Assembly (NCBI GenBank): GCA_002633005.1
Contig: NMRA01000448.1
Span: 248,001 to 312,000, forward strand
DNA from: Phoronis australis
Lineage: Eukaryota > Animalia > Phoronida
DNA length: 64,000 nt
Direction: 5' to 3'
Shown piece by piece: positions 52,830 to 64,000 of this stretch (positions are counted from its first letter, which is position 1; every line of letters starts with the position of its first letter). The position numbers and the translations under genes were made by a program. Under the pieces are notes generated by a model that worked only from the letters and a program-made list of their open reading frames with translations, did no database searches and had not been told where the DNA came from.

Positions 52830-53885
52830 GCTGCACTACTTGACCCCTTCCGATGCATTATAAGCCCTGATGAAGGAATAAGAGTAAACTTGATGAAAAT
52901 TGTGATTAATGCTAAGAATCGGATGTCTTTCTTTAAGCACTTTAGAATAAATATGTCAAAATTTCAAACATCAGAATATGTGTTGAATGAATGGTCAAAA
53001 TTTCAGAAGACAAATGCACCTAATGACCTCATGGTTGCACTAAATGACTTGAAATTTTAGAACTGGAACTCAATTACATGTACCAAGCAGATATGTTAAT
53101 TAAAGTGCCTAGCTATAAGTCTTTGTTTGCACTCAATGGCCTTTGGCCTATTGTTTCTGATTGGAAGGGCCAATTGCTTAGTAAAGAAGGGTATTTGATT
53201 GGCATTTTCGCTCACGGTGTGCTGAAACGAAGAGAATTCCTTGCAAAATGTTTGAGAAATAACATTTTGAAAATTAGGTGATCTGTGAACTAATTGACTC
53301 AATCCGGTGCATAAGCCCGTTTAGTAGAATTATTGCAAAGTCCGTGAAAAGTGTATTTAATGCTGAGAATCACGGATTTCAAACTGTTGACGTATCAGAA
53401 TAAGTGTTAAATGAAAAAGGTAAAATTTCAGAAGAAAATTGCACCCAATGACCTGAAACTTTTTGAATTTAGAACTCAACTGCATATACCAATGAGATGT
53501 GTGAATTTGATCAGTCTAGCTCAAAATCTTAGTTGGCACCCCATGACCCATGACCTCTCTAATCTGAATGGATGATCCGATTACTTAGAAACGTTATTAT
53601 TTTAAATTGTTATACCTGTGCACCTAATTTGAAGAAGAAACCTTTAAAACTGAAGGAGTAGCATTTTGAAAATTATATGACCTGTGCACCAAATGAACTC
53701 TTCCGGTACATTAGGAATAAGATTATATGATAAATCAAAATTTATATACTACTATCATACAATAAATCTAAAGAGCTTACCTGCACTCATTTTAGAGTTA
53801 TTAAGCATCAAAGTTGGACAAAGAAGAAAACAGAAGAAAACCCAAGAAAAACAGTACTCTGCGCTTACACGCGAAGAGTAACAAA
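52830..53885 (+). mobile_element. Tandem-repeat-containing non-autonomous element (two ~450 bp units plus terminal hairpin)
   Basis: AAAATTTCAGAAGA.AA.TGCACC.AATGACC occurs at ~52997 and ~53422; terminal hairpin TACTCTGCGCTTACACGCGAAGAGTA. Confidence 0.6.
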
Positions 53886-55834
53886 ACCATCAATAATGGA
53901 AGACAGTGGGATAAATTTCCATGATAGCAAACATGCAACAACGTGGTGAAGTGAGAACATCAAGGAGATATAAATATAATTACAGTTTTGTTGGACAAGG
54001 CGGCTTAGAAGACGAAGACAATACATGGCGATTTTTTCATATCTGTGACTTTTGTGCAAGATATGAACATTCCACAACTAAACATTGATGGCACCATGAT
54101 CCAAAATTTAAATGACAACTACAAAATTCCATCTAGCTTTAAATTTCTATGCTCATCACACACGTCCTATAGATGGCACTGTTGTCCGACAAAAAAGTTT
54201 ACCCACACAATTTATTACAATGTGATGCTGCTACATGGTAAAATGTAACAGTTGTGTGATACATCTAATTGAGTCCAAAAAGTTAGACCATCCCATGTAA
54301 TTTCATTTATCTATAGGAGACAATGCATTTTACAACAACAGCCCAATTACTTTGTGATGGGCCCACGTTCATAGCCCACACCTGCCAATTGGGCGCACAA
54401 AATTGTTGATGTTCTTCTCGATCTCGATGGCCTCTGATTCCTTTAGCCAGAAAAGCAATCTCATCATCTCCTAGGACAATTGTGTTTGGTTAAAGTAACG
54501 TTAAAGTGTTATCATTTATACACAACAGAATAGTCATACATCTACTTTGAAAACAACAATTTTTCTTTTTCCTGCTTATGCTGGGCACCCACATTTTCTA
54601 GAACATTGTGCAATATCCAGTCCAAATTGCACCTTGGCACATGCGTGATTTTTTTCAAACAAACTTAAGTTCTGGCGAGCGGGCAAGATTTCCTCAGCTT
54701 GGCACACCCAAAACGTCCATATTGCCATCAACTGGTGATGTCAGCTTCATGCGCTTCACTGCTTTCCTCTCCTTCACTGAGCCGTACTATTTCCTGTGAC
54801 AACATTTCCAGATTCTGAAACACACAGAATGTGACACTAGCTTATGCGAAAAAAGAGCAACGCGGAGCATTGATATGTGAATGCCACATTCCATCTAACG
54901 GGAGCAATGTTGATAAACTTAAAATAGCCTGTAAGGGGTGCAAAGCAAGACAGCGATGTTCTCCTTAATAAGAACACACCTGTCATCCCTTATCATGATT
55001 CTTTACGCAGTTTGGACGATAAAGAGGCGGGCAAAAAAGAAATTAACAAACGAATAAAAAGACCAAAGGGAGCCACAACGTAGCTCAAATCCGTATAATA
55101 CAGGGCTTGTATTGTCGTCTATGTGATGGTAGCTAATTTGTCAAATTTCATGAACATCCATCACGTAACTTGATAGATATCAAGATGAACGCAAAGAAAG
55201 ACAAAATTGCTTCTAGGGGACTCCACAGCAGTCAGATTTGACCAAAAATCCACATTTTTTGTACTTCTCAGAATAAAAACACATAAATATTTCATGAAGA
55301 TTTATCAAGGTACTTAGAAGATATTGAGCCACAGGCAAAACCAAAATTACCACTAGAAGGTGCTACAACAGTCAAACCTGTCCAAATACCATTGTCAGCC
55401 AAGCACTCAATGCAAGAAAGAAATATGCCAGTTTTTATAATCCTTAGTCTAAGATTGGTTTGGCCGACAGAGGCAAAAAACAGACTAAGAAACAATTGCC
55501 ACTAGGCAGCGTCAGTATGTTGAATCTATCTGAAAACGGAATGGTGTTATCACCTTTTTAATAGAAACCTATACATCCAGGAACTACAGATACAGAAAAA
55601 ACTAAAATTGACACTAAAGGACACAGCGGTAGTCGCATCCGTCGGAAAGTTATCGTCATCTCTTGTCACCTTCATAGCAATACACTTGCCAAATTTAATA
55701 AAGATCCTGCAGAGGGTTTAGGTGATACAGCTACGGACACAAAAAATGCCTCTAGGAGACGCCATAGTAGCTGGAGTCATCCAAAAATCATAGTCAGCCA
55801 TCCTCCCCAGTAGGAACACACACGTCAATTTTCT

Positions 55835-57013
55835 GGGGCTGCAACGGGTACCCAAAATAACCGAGAACTGCGGTCCAGAGTTGTCTGGTTGGTTTCCGTC
55901 TACAAATCTTGTTTTCGGTTCGGTTCCAATTAGTGCCACCAATATATGTACTAAACTAATGGTAAAATAGCAATGCAAAGCCCAGTCATTAATTCTAGTA
56001 AGTCACCTCTTTAATAATGATAATAAGGGATGAACCATTGACATCACATAATTCGTCCATTTTAATATGAGATATCTCATGCTGATGTAATTATGAGGTG
56101 AAAGGGGAGACCTGGATTAGTGTGGCGTCACTCAGAGCTGTATGTTCAAAAAAGCGTTTCACCAACAATGGGGTAAAGTACTCTTATACTAGAATTGAAT
56201 CATGTTGGGAAATCATTGTCCCAATGTATAACGCTCACATGCAGGCAGTTGCAGTGCTTGATTATTCATTTAATTTCGCATACCTGTTAATTACGAAGTC
56301 AGGATATTCAATTTATTTGGCATACCCTGACCATATGGAAAATATAATTAATTGATTTTGTGTGAAACCAGTGGAAGAGAATTACCATGGCATTATGCTC
56401 CATTAACTGAGAACATATGAAGTTAAGGAAATACCACAAAGATGTAAAAATAAACTATGTTTTTTCTAAAAATGTATTGATATATATAGTCAAGATTTAT
56501 TAAATAAACAAAAAGTTAATGAAGATGGTGTTTGAAGTAAAACGAAATGGCGTTTGAAGTAAAATAAAATGGTGTTTGAGGTAAACCAAAATAGTGTTTG
56601 AGGTAAAACAAAAATGAATTGGCGCTTACCAGGAGTGTAGTAAGGTGGTATTGTAAATTTCTGAGGAGTCAAAACAAAAATATAACAGACAGTAGACTTA
56701 GTGACACACATAAAGAATTGTCATGGAATACTTTAACTATAAATCCGTAGTCAATTCAATTTCTCTTGACAATGATCGACTGAAGAGATGGAAAATCAAC
56801 CCTCCCATTGCTCAGCCACTTGCTAAAAATTTATGCATCCCAGCGACATCTGTTGCAAGCAAGCGTGCATTTTCTATGGCAGGGGATGATGCATCTGCTA
56901 ATACAGCCCGCCTGGCAACACGTCAGTTCCACAGGTTAATTTTGTTCACAAAAAACACATACTCGTTTATGTTTGATAACATTAGTCTAAATGATGTCAA
57001 ATCTCCTAAATGA
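55835..57013 (+). mobile_element. hAT (Ac/ZBED1-like) transposon remnant with C-terminal dimerisation domain at ~56770-56960
   Basis: The left end GGGGCTGCAACGG is followed by TTCGGTTCGGTT subterminal repeats. The peptide LKRWKIN...LAKNLCIPATSVASKRAFSMAG...RLILFTKN fits the hATC motif IPATSxxSERxFS. Confidence 0.85.
56525..56614. repeat. Minisatellite, 4 x 22 bp (ATGGTGTTTGAAGTAAAACRAA)
   Basis: Read directly. Confidence 0.88.
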
Positions 57014-58044
57014 GAATCTAATTTTGAAGTCACTGGTATTCAAAATCTGTAATTGTTTTATCTTTGAAGCCAGTGAGTATTGAGCACTCTATCTTAAACC
57101 TGCCAAATAAATCCATGTTTGCTGATAACTTGTTTTACACATCATTTTCAAAACGACATAACTGTCCCACTGGCTACATGGTTCATGGTTCAATATCAAG
57201 TGAGAGAGATGTGCCAAAAAGCGACTCAAAAAATGGCTACTAGGTGGCAGGTGTATCCAAAAACAAAGAAGAAGTATAATTGATTGTCTTTCTACTACTT
57301 ATACCTATTTGCCCAATTTCATGGAAATCAGTTAAGGAACTCCAAAGAGACAGAGACAAATGTAAAACACTAAAATTGCCCCTAGGGGACACACCCTACA
57401 GTGGAGCCCAATTAATGTCAGACCGGATATATACAATATCACGGTTATTGTCATGAAATTTTAGTAAAACTAATCATTTGAAATGAATAATTATCATATT
57501 CCAGGATATAGTCATCAAAATATAGTAAAATTGAAACTCATGTGCTTATTAGCACATGTACCTTCACTTTTCTGTCTAAAAACTAACTAACTTCAACTTC
57601 AATTAAACTCCATTATGGGTCAATTCCTGTTTGGCTGTCTCACACTCAGACTCAACTTTAAGCACGATCAGCTTATAAGAGTGGTTACCATCACCGCCAA
57701 GGTGGAACCCACATGAAGAAATATCTCACTTATTATCATAACTTACACCAAAACAGAGGGTACCACGTTATGCAGTCTGCATACAACAGCAGATGCAGGA
57801 TGAACAGATAGACATTACAGCATAATTTCATAATCATTATTGTCCGAAATTGGTGAGATTTTATCTCTGAGATTTCACTAGGATTTCCAAAAATGAAGTG
57901 TTAGTGAGAGTTGATCAAAAACAAGATTTTACTCATGTTTATAGTAAACTGTCAGGTCAGTGAGGGTAAGACACTCTTTTTTAATCCTTATGTCTCACTT
58001 ATCGGAATATACTTGAACTAGGCCCATCACGACTTAATGTACTA

Positions 58045-59313
58045 CCGTAATCGCCCTAATAAGCACCCAGGGCGCTAAGAAAAATTTGCTTCAGGAAGGG
58101 GTGGGGGCGGTTATTACAGCCCAAAAGTGGTTGAAACCTGGTCTCCCAAACAGGTGAAATCGTAAGCTAGAATTCATCAAATTTACGCTCTATGACACAT
58201 CTGTAACCTATGACAGAGTTTCTACAAAACTGCAGTGCATTGCTATCAAACTTTGTTGTTAAATTACGAGCATTTTTTAGAAAATCCCAGTGCCAAAATT
58301 CGCCGACTGATGTACAGCTGCCTCACAACTGCTGACAGGTCAACTTGAATTCTTGAGCAAGAATATAGTTTCGACAACAAATTACCTGGAGTCCTCGTTA
58401 AGTTTTCAAAAAAACATCCCTAAGATTTTTAAGTTCCTGTGTAGCCGGGATTAACTGCATATTAAGTCAAAACCTGCGCTAGATCGTACTCCGCAACACG
58501 AGAAAAATCTCTGGACAAACACACACGTTGTTATCACGTGATGTTTGTTTTGAAGTTTGTCTGACTGTGTATTGTGTGAGACAGCAAGAATAAACGCAAT
58601 GCAACGATCTAGGTGTGCACTGTAACTAAGGAAATTAACACAAGCAGTAAAGCAGAATGTGTTTTATTTAGCACTTGTTGATCTCATCTGCTAAAGTGTA
58701 AGAGTACAGAAGAAATAAGTGCCAGTAATTATTTCTTGCCGATGCTATGCTACCTGTTTCGTGAATGGATAGTTCCCGAAGACTAATCTTCGACGACACA
58801 TTCTTGAATGTAGCGCGCGCTTCTTAACCAAGTGCTTTTAACTGAACAAAGGTCAAGTTTTTATTAGTCTTCGATTCGCGGTTTTTACGTGTACAAAGAG
58901 ATTGGGATTCCTGTTGAGGGAGAAGATCTGTACGGGAAAGATGCAATACAATCCCTTTGACAAGTATGCTGCGTCTGTTCTGAAAGGCCAGACCATAACA
59001 GGACACATACCTCGCAAGATTAGCAAAACTTACGTTCTTTTCGAAGCACGGCGGAAGTTTGAAGTGTATAGTCACAGCTAAATACCGACATAGCAGCGAG
59101 GCTCGTGGTCTACAGATTCCGAGCACAATGATTTTTTCAGGACTGTCAGATCTTATTGATAAATTGATGACATTACTGTAAAATTTTAGAACTGTAGGTA
59201 AGGCATTTTTTGCCTGTACAACGCGTTCATGGACTAGGGACTTATTTTAGCGAAGTCTGAAAACGCGTGGGGGGCGCTTATAGGGGCATGGGTGCTTATT
59301 AGGGCTAATACGG
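58045..59313 (+). mobile_element. Tc2/pogo-like non-autonomous DNA transposon with TA TSD
   Basis: TA|CCGTAATCGCCCTAATAAGCACCCA ... TGGGTGCTTATTAGGGCTAATACGG|TA: a ~25 bp TIR with 2 mismatches. CCGTA termini are typical of Tc2-like elements. Confidence 0.9.
58868..59181 (+). pseudogene. Frameshifted HIRAN-like domain ORF carried inside the Tc2/pogo-like element
   Basis: Three frames join as SSIRGFYVYKEI.IPVEGEDLY / YNPFDKYAASVLKGQTITGHIPRKISK / KHGGSLKCIVTAKYRHSSEARGLQIPSTMIFSG...LL*. This matches the HIRAN pattern RG.....-NP.D..A..V-GHIP. Confidence 0.75.
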
Positions 59314-60359
59314 TAACTGTTCTGGGGCTACGATAAAGGTAGAAAATGTGAAAAAGTGAGAATATACGTCCTAGGGCTCATTTTAAAAACCACTAATGAG
59401 TATCTTATGAATAAACGTCTGTCCGTTTTCCTAAAGGAGACTGGCAGTCTTGAAAATTTTCTTCACGAAGAGCCATAATTGGGGTCTCGTGCCTTTGCTC
59501 AGCTGTGTGGGGCAATGGGCCCAACCATGAGGCCTGCGCACGTCTGATGCACCCAAAATGACATCAGACCACCTGCACTGTTTTTTTTTTCTTATGAATA
59601 CTTAAGCCTTTCAAAAACACCATAGACAGTCTAACCACTACTTTTAATTTTGTAACCAATTTGTATCATGACAAGTGTTTTTTTAAAATACTGGTTAAAA
59701 CCAGCACGGAAGGCGAATATCACTGTGTCACTGAATAAAATTCTCAAAACCAGCAACCATCATTCAAAGAAAATCTCTTGATAGGATGATACTGTTACTA
59801 CTAACAAACACCGACAGATTTGTACAAAATCAAATTTGGATGATTAAATACATGTAACATACATTTAGGTCTACTTATATTTCTTGTACGGGTATGGATT
59901 AGACAAGGATAATAGGAATCACATGATAAAGGCTAAACAGCGGTACTGAAGAACTGCGTACATAATGATTGTAAAAAAATAACAAAATGTATAAGTAACA
60001 TATCAATAGCAAATTAAAATATCAGTTTTCATATTGATCCTAGGAAAATTCAAGTACATGAACAAATGCATCTTTATAAACACAGTTAATTGGGTTTTGG
60101 GAACATTGGCACATCCCAATTATTTTTTTCTTCTTAAGAGCCCTATGCAGGGTATTGGATCCATACATTGGCAAATGACACCTCAGGTTAAACTGTGAAG
60201 CCTCGTCTTGAAATACGAGTTGTGCTGAGGTGCAGTCAGATGTCATGCAGTTAGGTGAATAAAAATTACGCAAACAATATACAAAACATATGTCAGTCAT
60301 ATACAAACACCTGGAAGTATAGATAAGAATACTGACAAAAAGATGTATCAATAAAAAAT

Positions 60360-61220
60360 CAATAAAAACGCTCTGTGGAGCGACCCTTGGGATTATTAAA
60401 TAAAAAAATTAACGGTGAGGTTGATAACGAAATCAAAAACATCATTAATCATGACCCCGGCACTCATTAGATAGCCCGTGAGGAGATCTATTTACATACC
60501 AAATGTGAAATGGTTCTTTCAAAGGATCGCCGAACACAAGCTCCGCAAACACAATTTAAAAATGGCCATCATAGCACCATCATGCGTCCGATTTCGCCCA
60601 AGAACTAAAATTCTCAGGCTATTGACTAAATAAACACTGTACGTAAATTCCATGTCTATCAAATGCAAAATGTGATCTCTTGCACTAATGTGATAGGCTA
60701 ACAAAGTGCAGCTATAATTAACCAGTCAATAAAAGAAGCAGTAAATCTCGAATATCACACGAACAGTAAGTCATAGCGAGAAACGGATTTCACAATGCTA
60801 ATGGCGCTTGAAAAGATCTCTTCCCATACCAAATTCCAGATGGATTCGTCACGGGATGCTGAAGATATGACACAAAGACTCAATTAATTGGAAATCAGTC
60901 CCTAGAAAATCTTGAATAACTTGAGAATGGTAACACCTAAAGAAAAACGGATGGTAACTCGCGATAGTCCTCATATGGTCTATCCACAAAAAAATTCAGA
61001 AGATACCTACAGAAACAGTGGAGCTATGGCTCTGCAAACCAAAAAAGTGAAAAATGGCCACCACAGCATCATCTTACGTCCGATTTTAACCTCAAAACTA
61101 TAGGCTTCGAGCCATTCACAAGACACAAGTTGTGTGTAAATTTCACTTTGATCTGATAAGAACTGCACACAACAAATTTATGACAATGCAACAGACTTGG
61201 AGAAATTTCATTTCACCAAG
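60360..61220 (+). mobile_element. Tandem-subunit non-autonomous element (related architecture, different family)
   Basis: 5' hairpin CGCTCTGTGGAGCG; repeated AAAAATGGCCA..A.AGCA.CATC...CGTCCGATTT at ~60560 and ~61050; 3' hairpin CTTGGAGAAATTTCATTTCACCAAG. Confidence 0.6.
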
Positions 61221-62193
61221 GCACGACGGACTCACGATCTGATCTTTAACAGCACGAAATGAGCTAGATATCAACCACCTCCAATTACAAACAATTATTT
61301 TTCCAAATGCTCGTTTGCCGTTCTAATACTCAGTTGAAAAACAATGGAGTCCTCTTTGGAATATGAAATTTACGGGGCTCGTACCAAAGTGATAATGCAT
61401 AAAAATAATAAAATGTTGTGTGATGATGCTAATATTTCAACGAACCATAATGACACCACATGTTAACATGCCTTGTTAATTTCTCAAACATGTGAGTAGT
61501 TTAAATGAGAAACTCATCGCAGTACTCATCAGTTGAAATCCATATAGACTTGACAGTCTGTCTATAGATAGTGCTGGCAGTCCATAGATAGGACTTTAAC
61601 CAAGTTAATTATCCCTGGAGTATCTGCAAGGTAATTCTATTTCATGTGCGCTTAAATCAAATCTGCATTAACCTGAGAATTCTTGACAACAGACTCATGG
61701 ATTAGAGTTTTCAGATTTACCTCCCAGTTGTATCATGCGCATTTTAAGCAACATTTTATTGAAATCTAACCAAACTAAACTATTTCCTTAGCAACAACAT
61801 GATCATTCATCGACAATAAATTAATGATTTCATCCCCAGGTAATAGGGATTTAGGTTACAAAAATGATTATAAAATAGGTAGTAACAGTTACTGTTACAT
61901 AATTCATGAGCTTCTCTGCAAGTTGTGATGCTGAAACTGATCAGAGCGTAGTCAATGTTTCAAGTTTGAAATTAAGAAATTCTTCATCCACAATTAGACA
62001 TCCTTCATAAAAATCAAGAGTTCACTAACCTTAACTTAAAAAGAAAAACAATTTTTGTAGGGACTACAATTATGAACACAAAATGAACACTTAGAAAGGT
62101 GTTGCTGAAATAGAATATGTGTATAATTAAAATAAAGAATTTAATAAAGGAACGTAACGAGGAAGTGCCAATATTGTTAATGTGCCTGTCTAA

Positions 62194-62234
62194 GGGCATT
62201 ATAATATGGGCATTACAATATGGGCATTATAATA
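62194..62234. repeat. 3 x 14 bp tandem repeat (GGGCATTAYAATAT)
   Basis: Read directly. Confidence 0.85.
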
Positions 62235-62484
62235 TCACAATATCAGGGTAATCAGCTTAGGGTACTCCACTGTGAGAAGTTATGTTCAAATCAGATGTAA
62301 GATGTAGATATACAGCTACTGATACTCAAACTGTACAGGTTGACTCAATGAGGGCGCTGTTTCATAATAGCCACGGTAGTAGTCTGAATTCACTCTGTTG
62401 TCATTACTCACCAAGGCTTTTTAATGTATGTTTATCCATTTTACAACTTTATGCTTTTATGGAATGTGAATTTCTCAACAAAAC

Positions 62485-64000
62485 AAAAAGGGGCAAGACA
62501 GAGTGTTGAAATATGCCTATGACTGCACCGCAAATGGTGTGCTTCTAGGAGTGTTTATTTGTATTATAAAAATGGCACAGAATACAATGAACCCATCCAA
62601 AATTGTCATCGTCTCTCAAAACTATGAAAATCATGAAAATCTGTGAAAGAAAAAATTGCCATTAGGAACCACAGCTGTAGTTGAATCTATACATCTGCTG
62701 TCAAGTTAATAGGAATACAATTGTACAACCGTACAACCGATACAACCATAGATGCGAAAACATGTCACTTGGGGGCACCACAGTAGTTGGACCCGTTTGG
62801 AAATCCACATCAGTTATGCTCTTGTCAGTAAGAACACACCTGGCAATTTTCACAATGATCCTCTGCGCGGTTTGGTAGATCCAGAAGCAGACGACAAAAA
62901 ACAGACAAAAAAATAATTAAAATGGTCACTAGTCAGTGCAGAATATGATGAATCCATCACAAAAAGGAAACTAAGGTGCTGTCGTCTTCATAACAGAAGC
63001 TTGTCTGCCCAATTTCGTGAAAAAGCATCAAGGAACTTTGAAGTTATAGAGGATTTGTATGAAACCCACTGCCATCTGTTGGCATCTGCACAGGAACACA
63101 TCTGCTAGATTTTACAGAGATCTTGCAAAGGGCAAAGGAGATACAGCCGTCAATGTAAAAATAATAAAATTGGCACTAAGGGTCGCCAGAGTAGTCGAAC
63201 CGAAAATCAACATCAGCCTTGGTCTTCTCGTCAGAAACACATCTCTAAATTTTAATAATGATCCTACAAGCGGTTACGTGGATGGAGAGGGTGGTATCAA
63301 AAAAGTACTCAAAAATTTTTAAAATGGCCAGCAGGTGCCGTAGAATACATCAAATCCATCCAAAAATGAGGTGTCATCATCTCTTTGACAGAAACCTACT
63401 TGCTAAATTTCAAGATAATAAAAACCGTTGCTGTACATCAAATCTATTTGAAAACAGGAACCTGTTGTCTCTATAAAAGAAACTGGTTTATTAAATTTCA
63501 AAAAAATACGTCGATGAGCTCCAAAGATACAGAGGGCATAAAAAATTGCCAGGTTTATTAAATTTCAAAAAAATACGTCGATGAGCTCCAAAGATACAGA
63601 GGGCATCAAAAAAAATTGCCACTAGGGGGACACAGCGATAGTCGGATCCATCAAAATGTCATTGTTGTCCATTGTCAACTTTATTGAATACACTTGTCAA
63701 AGACTTTGCAGAGGGTTTGGGAGATACAGCCAGATGTTAAAAAATGTCACTAGATGTCACAGTAGTCTGATACACTTGAAAATCATTATCAGCCGCCCTC
63801 TTCACAATAGATACATAAATACCAATTTTCAAAGTCATCCTTAGAGCGGTTTGGTTGATCAAGGGGCGGATGCCAAAAACAGACTAGAAAACAGAAGAAA
63901 TGGCCACTAGATGGCACAAAATATGTCGAATCCATTGCAAAACAAGAACATCATTTCTTTAATAGAAAGCTATTTACCAAATTTCATAAAAATCCATCAA
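62485..64000 (+). mobile_element. Copy of the CCACTAG tandem-subunit element family, running off the window end; contains a recent 67-bp tandem duplication (63485-63621)
   Basis: The head matches 24695 and 25179. Subunit motifs lie at ~62657, 62765, 63325, 63617, 63747 and 63901. Confidence 0.8.

Larger units (their letters stand above)
54851..57400 (+). mobile_element. Copy of the CCACTAG tandem-subunit element family (54851-55833, resuming ~57200-57400), interrupted by a hAT remnant
   Basis: Head AAGAGCAACGCGGAGCATTGA. Subunits match 25300-26000 (e.g. AAAGATCCTGCAGAGGGTTTAGG). Confidence 0.75.

Noticed and set aside
1-64000. tRNA/rRNA genes and the remaining 60-110 aa ORFs
   Set aside because: No cloverleaf, A/B-box or rRNA signature was recognised. 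The short ORFs lack motifs and are of chance length or are alternative frames of repeats.

Overview
This is an AT-rich animal genomic window, probably from a marine invertebrate bilaterian (inferred from the Shal protein style and the repeat landscape). It has one 287-N gap and three single-N joins. One host gene is clearly supported: the large first coding exon of a Kv4/Shal (KCND) voltage-gated K+ channel on the minus strand (ATG 40968 to a phase-2 GT donor after 39863). Positions 1-39862 appear to lie in its long first coding-region intron, since I found no later exon. A CpG-rich candidate promoter and 5'UTR domain lies at about 42.3-49.1 kb. The remainder is transposon-derived: a decayed RNase H-bearing non-LTR element (duplicated across an N), a hAT remnant, piggyBac-like and PIF/Harbinger non-autonomous elements, an RTE-derived short element and two Tc2/pogo-like elements. 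The three most interesting observations are: (1) Helentron/DINE-like elements whose ~140-160 bp internal repeats mostly carry a co-oriented CTCF-type motif, forming arrays on both sides of the KCND promoter; (2) a transposase-less Tc2/pogo-like element carrying a frameshifted HIRAN-like passenger ORF; (3) several candidate self-cleaving or structured RNA motifs at retroelement ends. All assignments are by eye, with no database searches.
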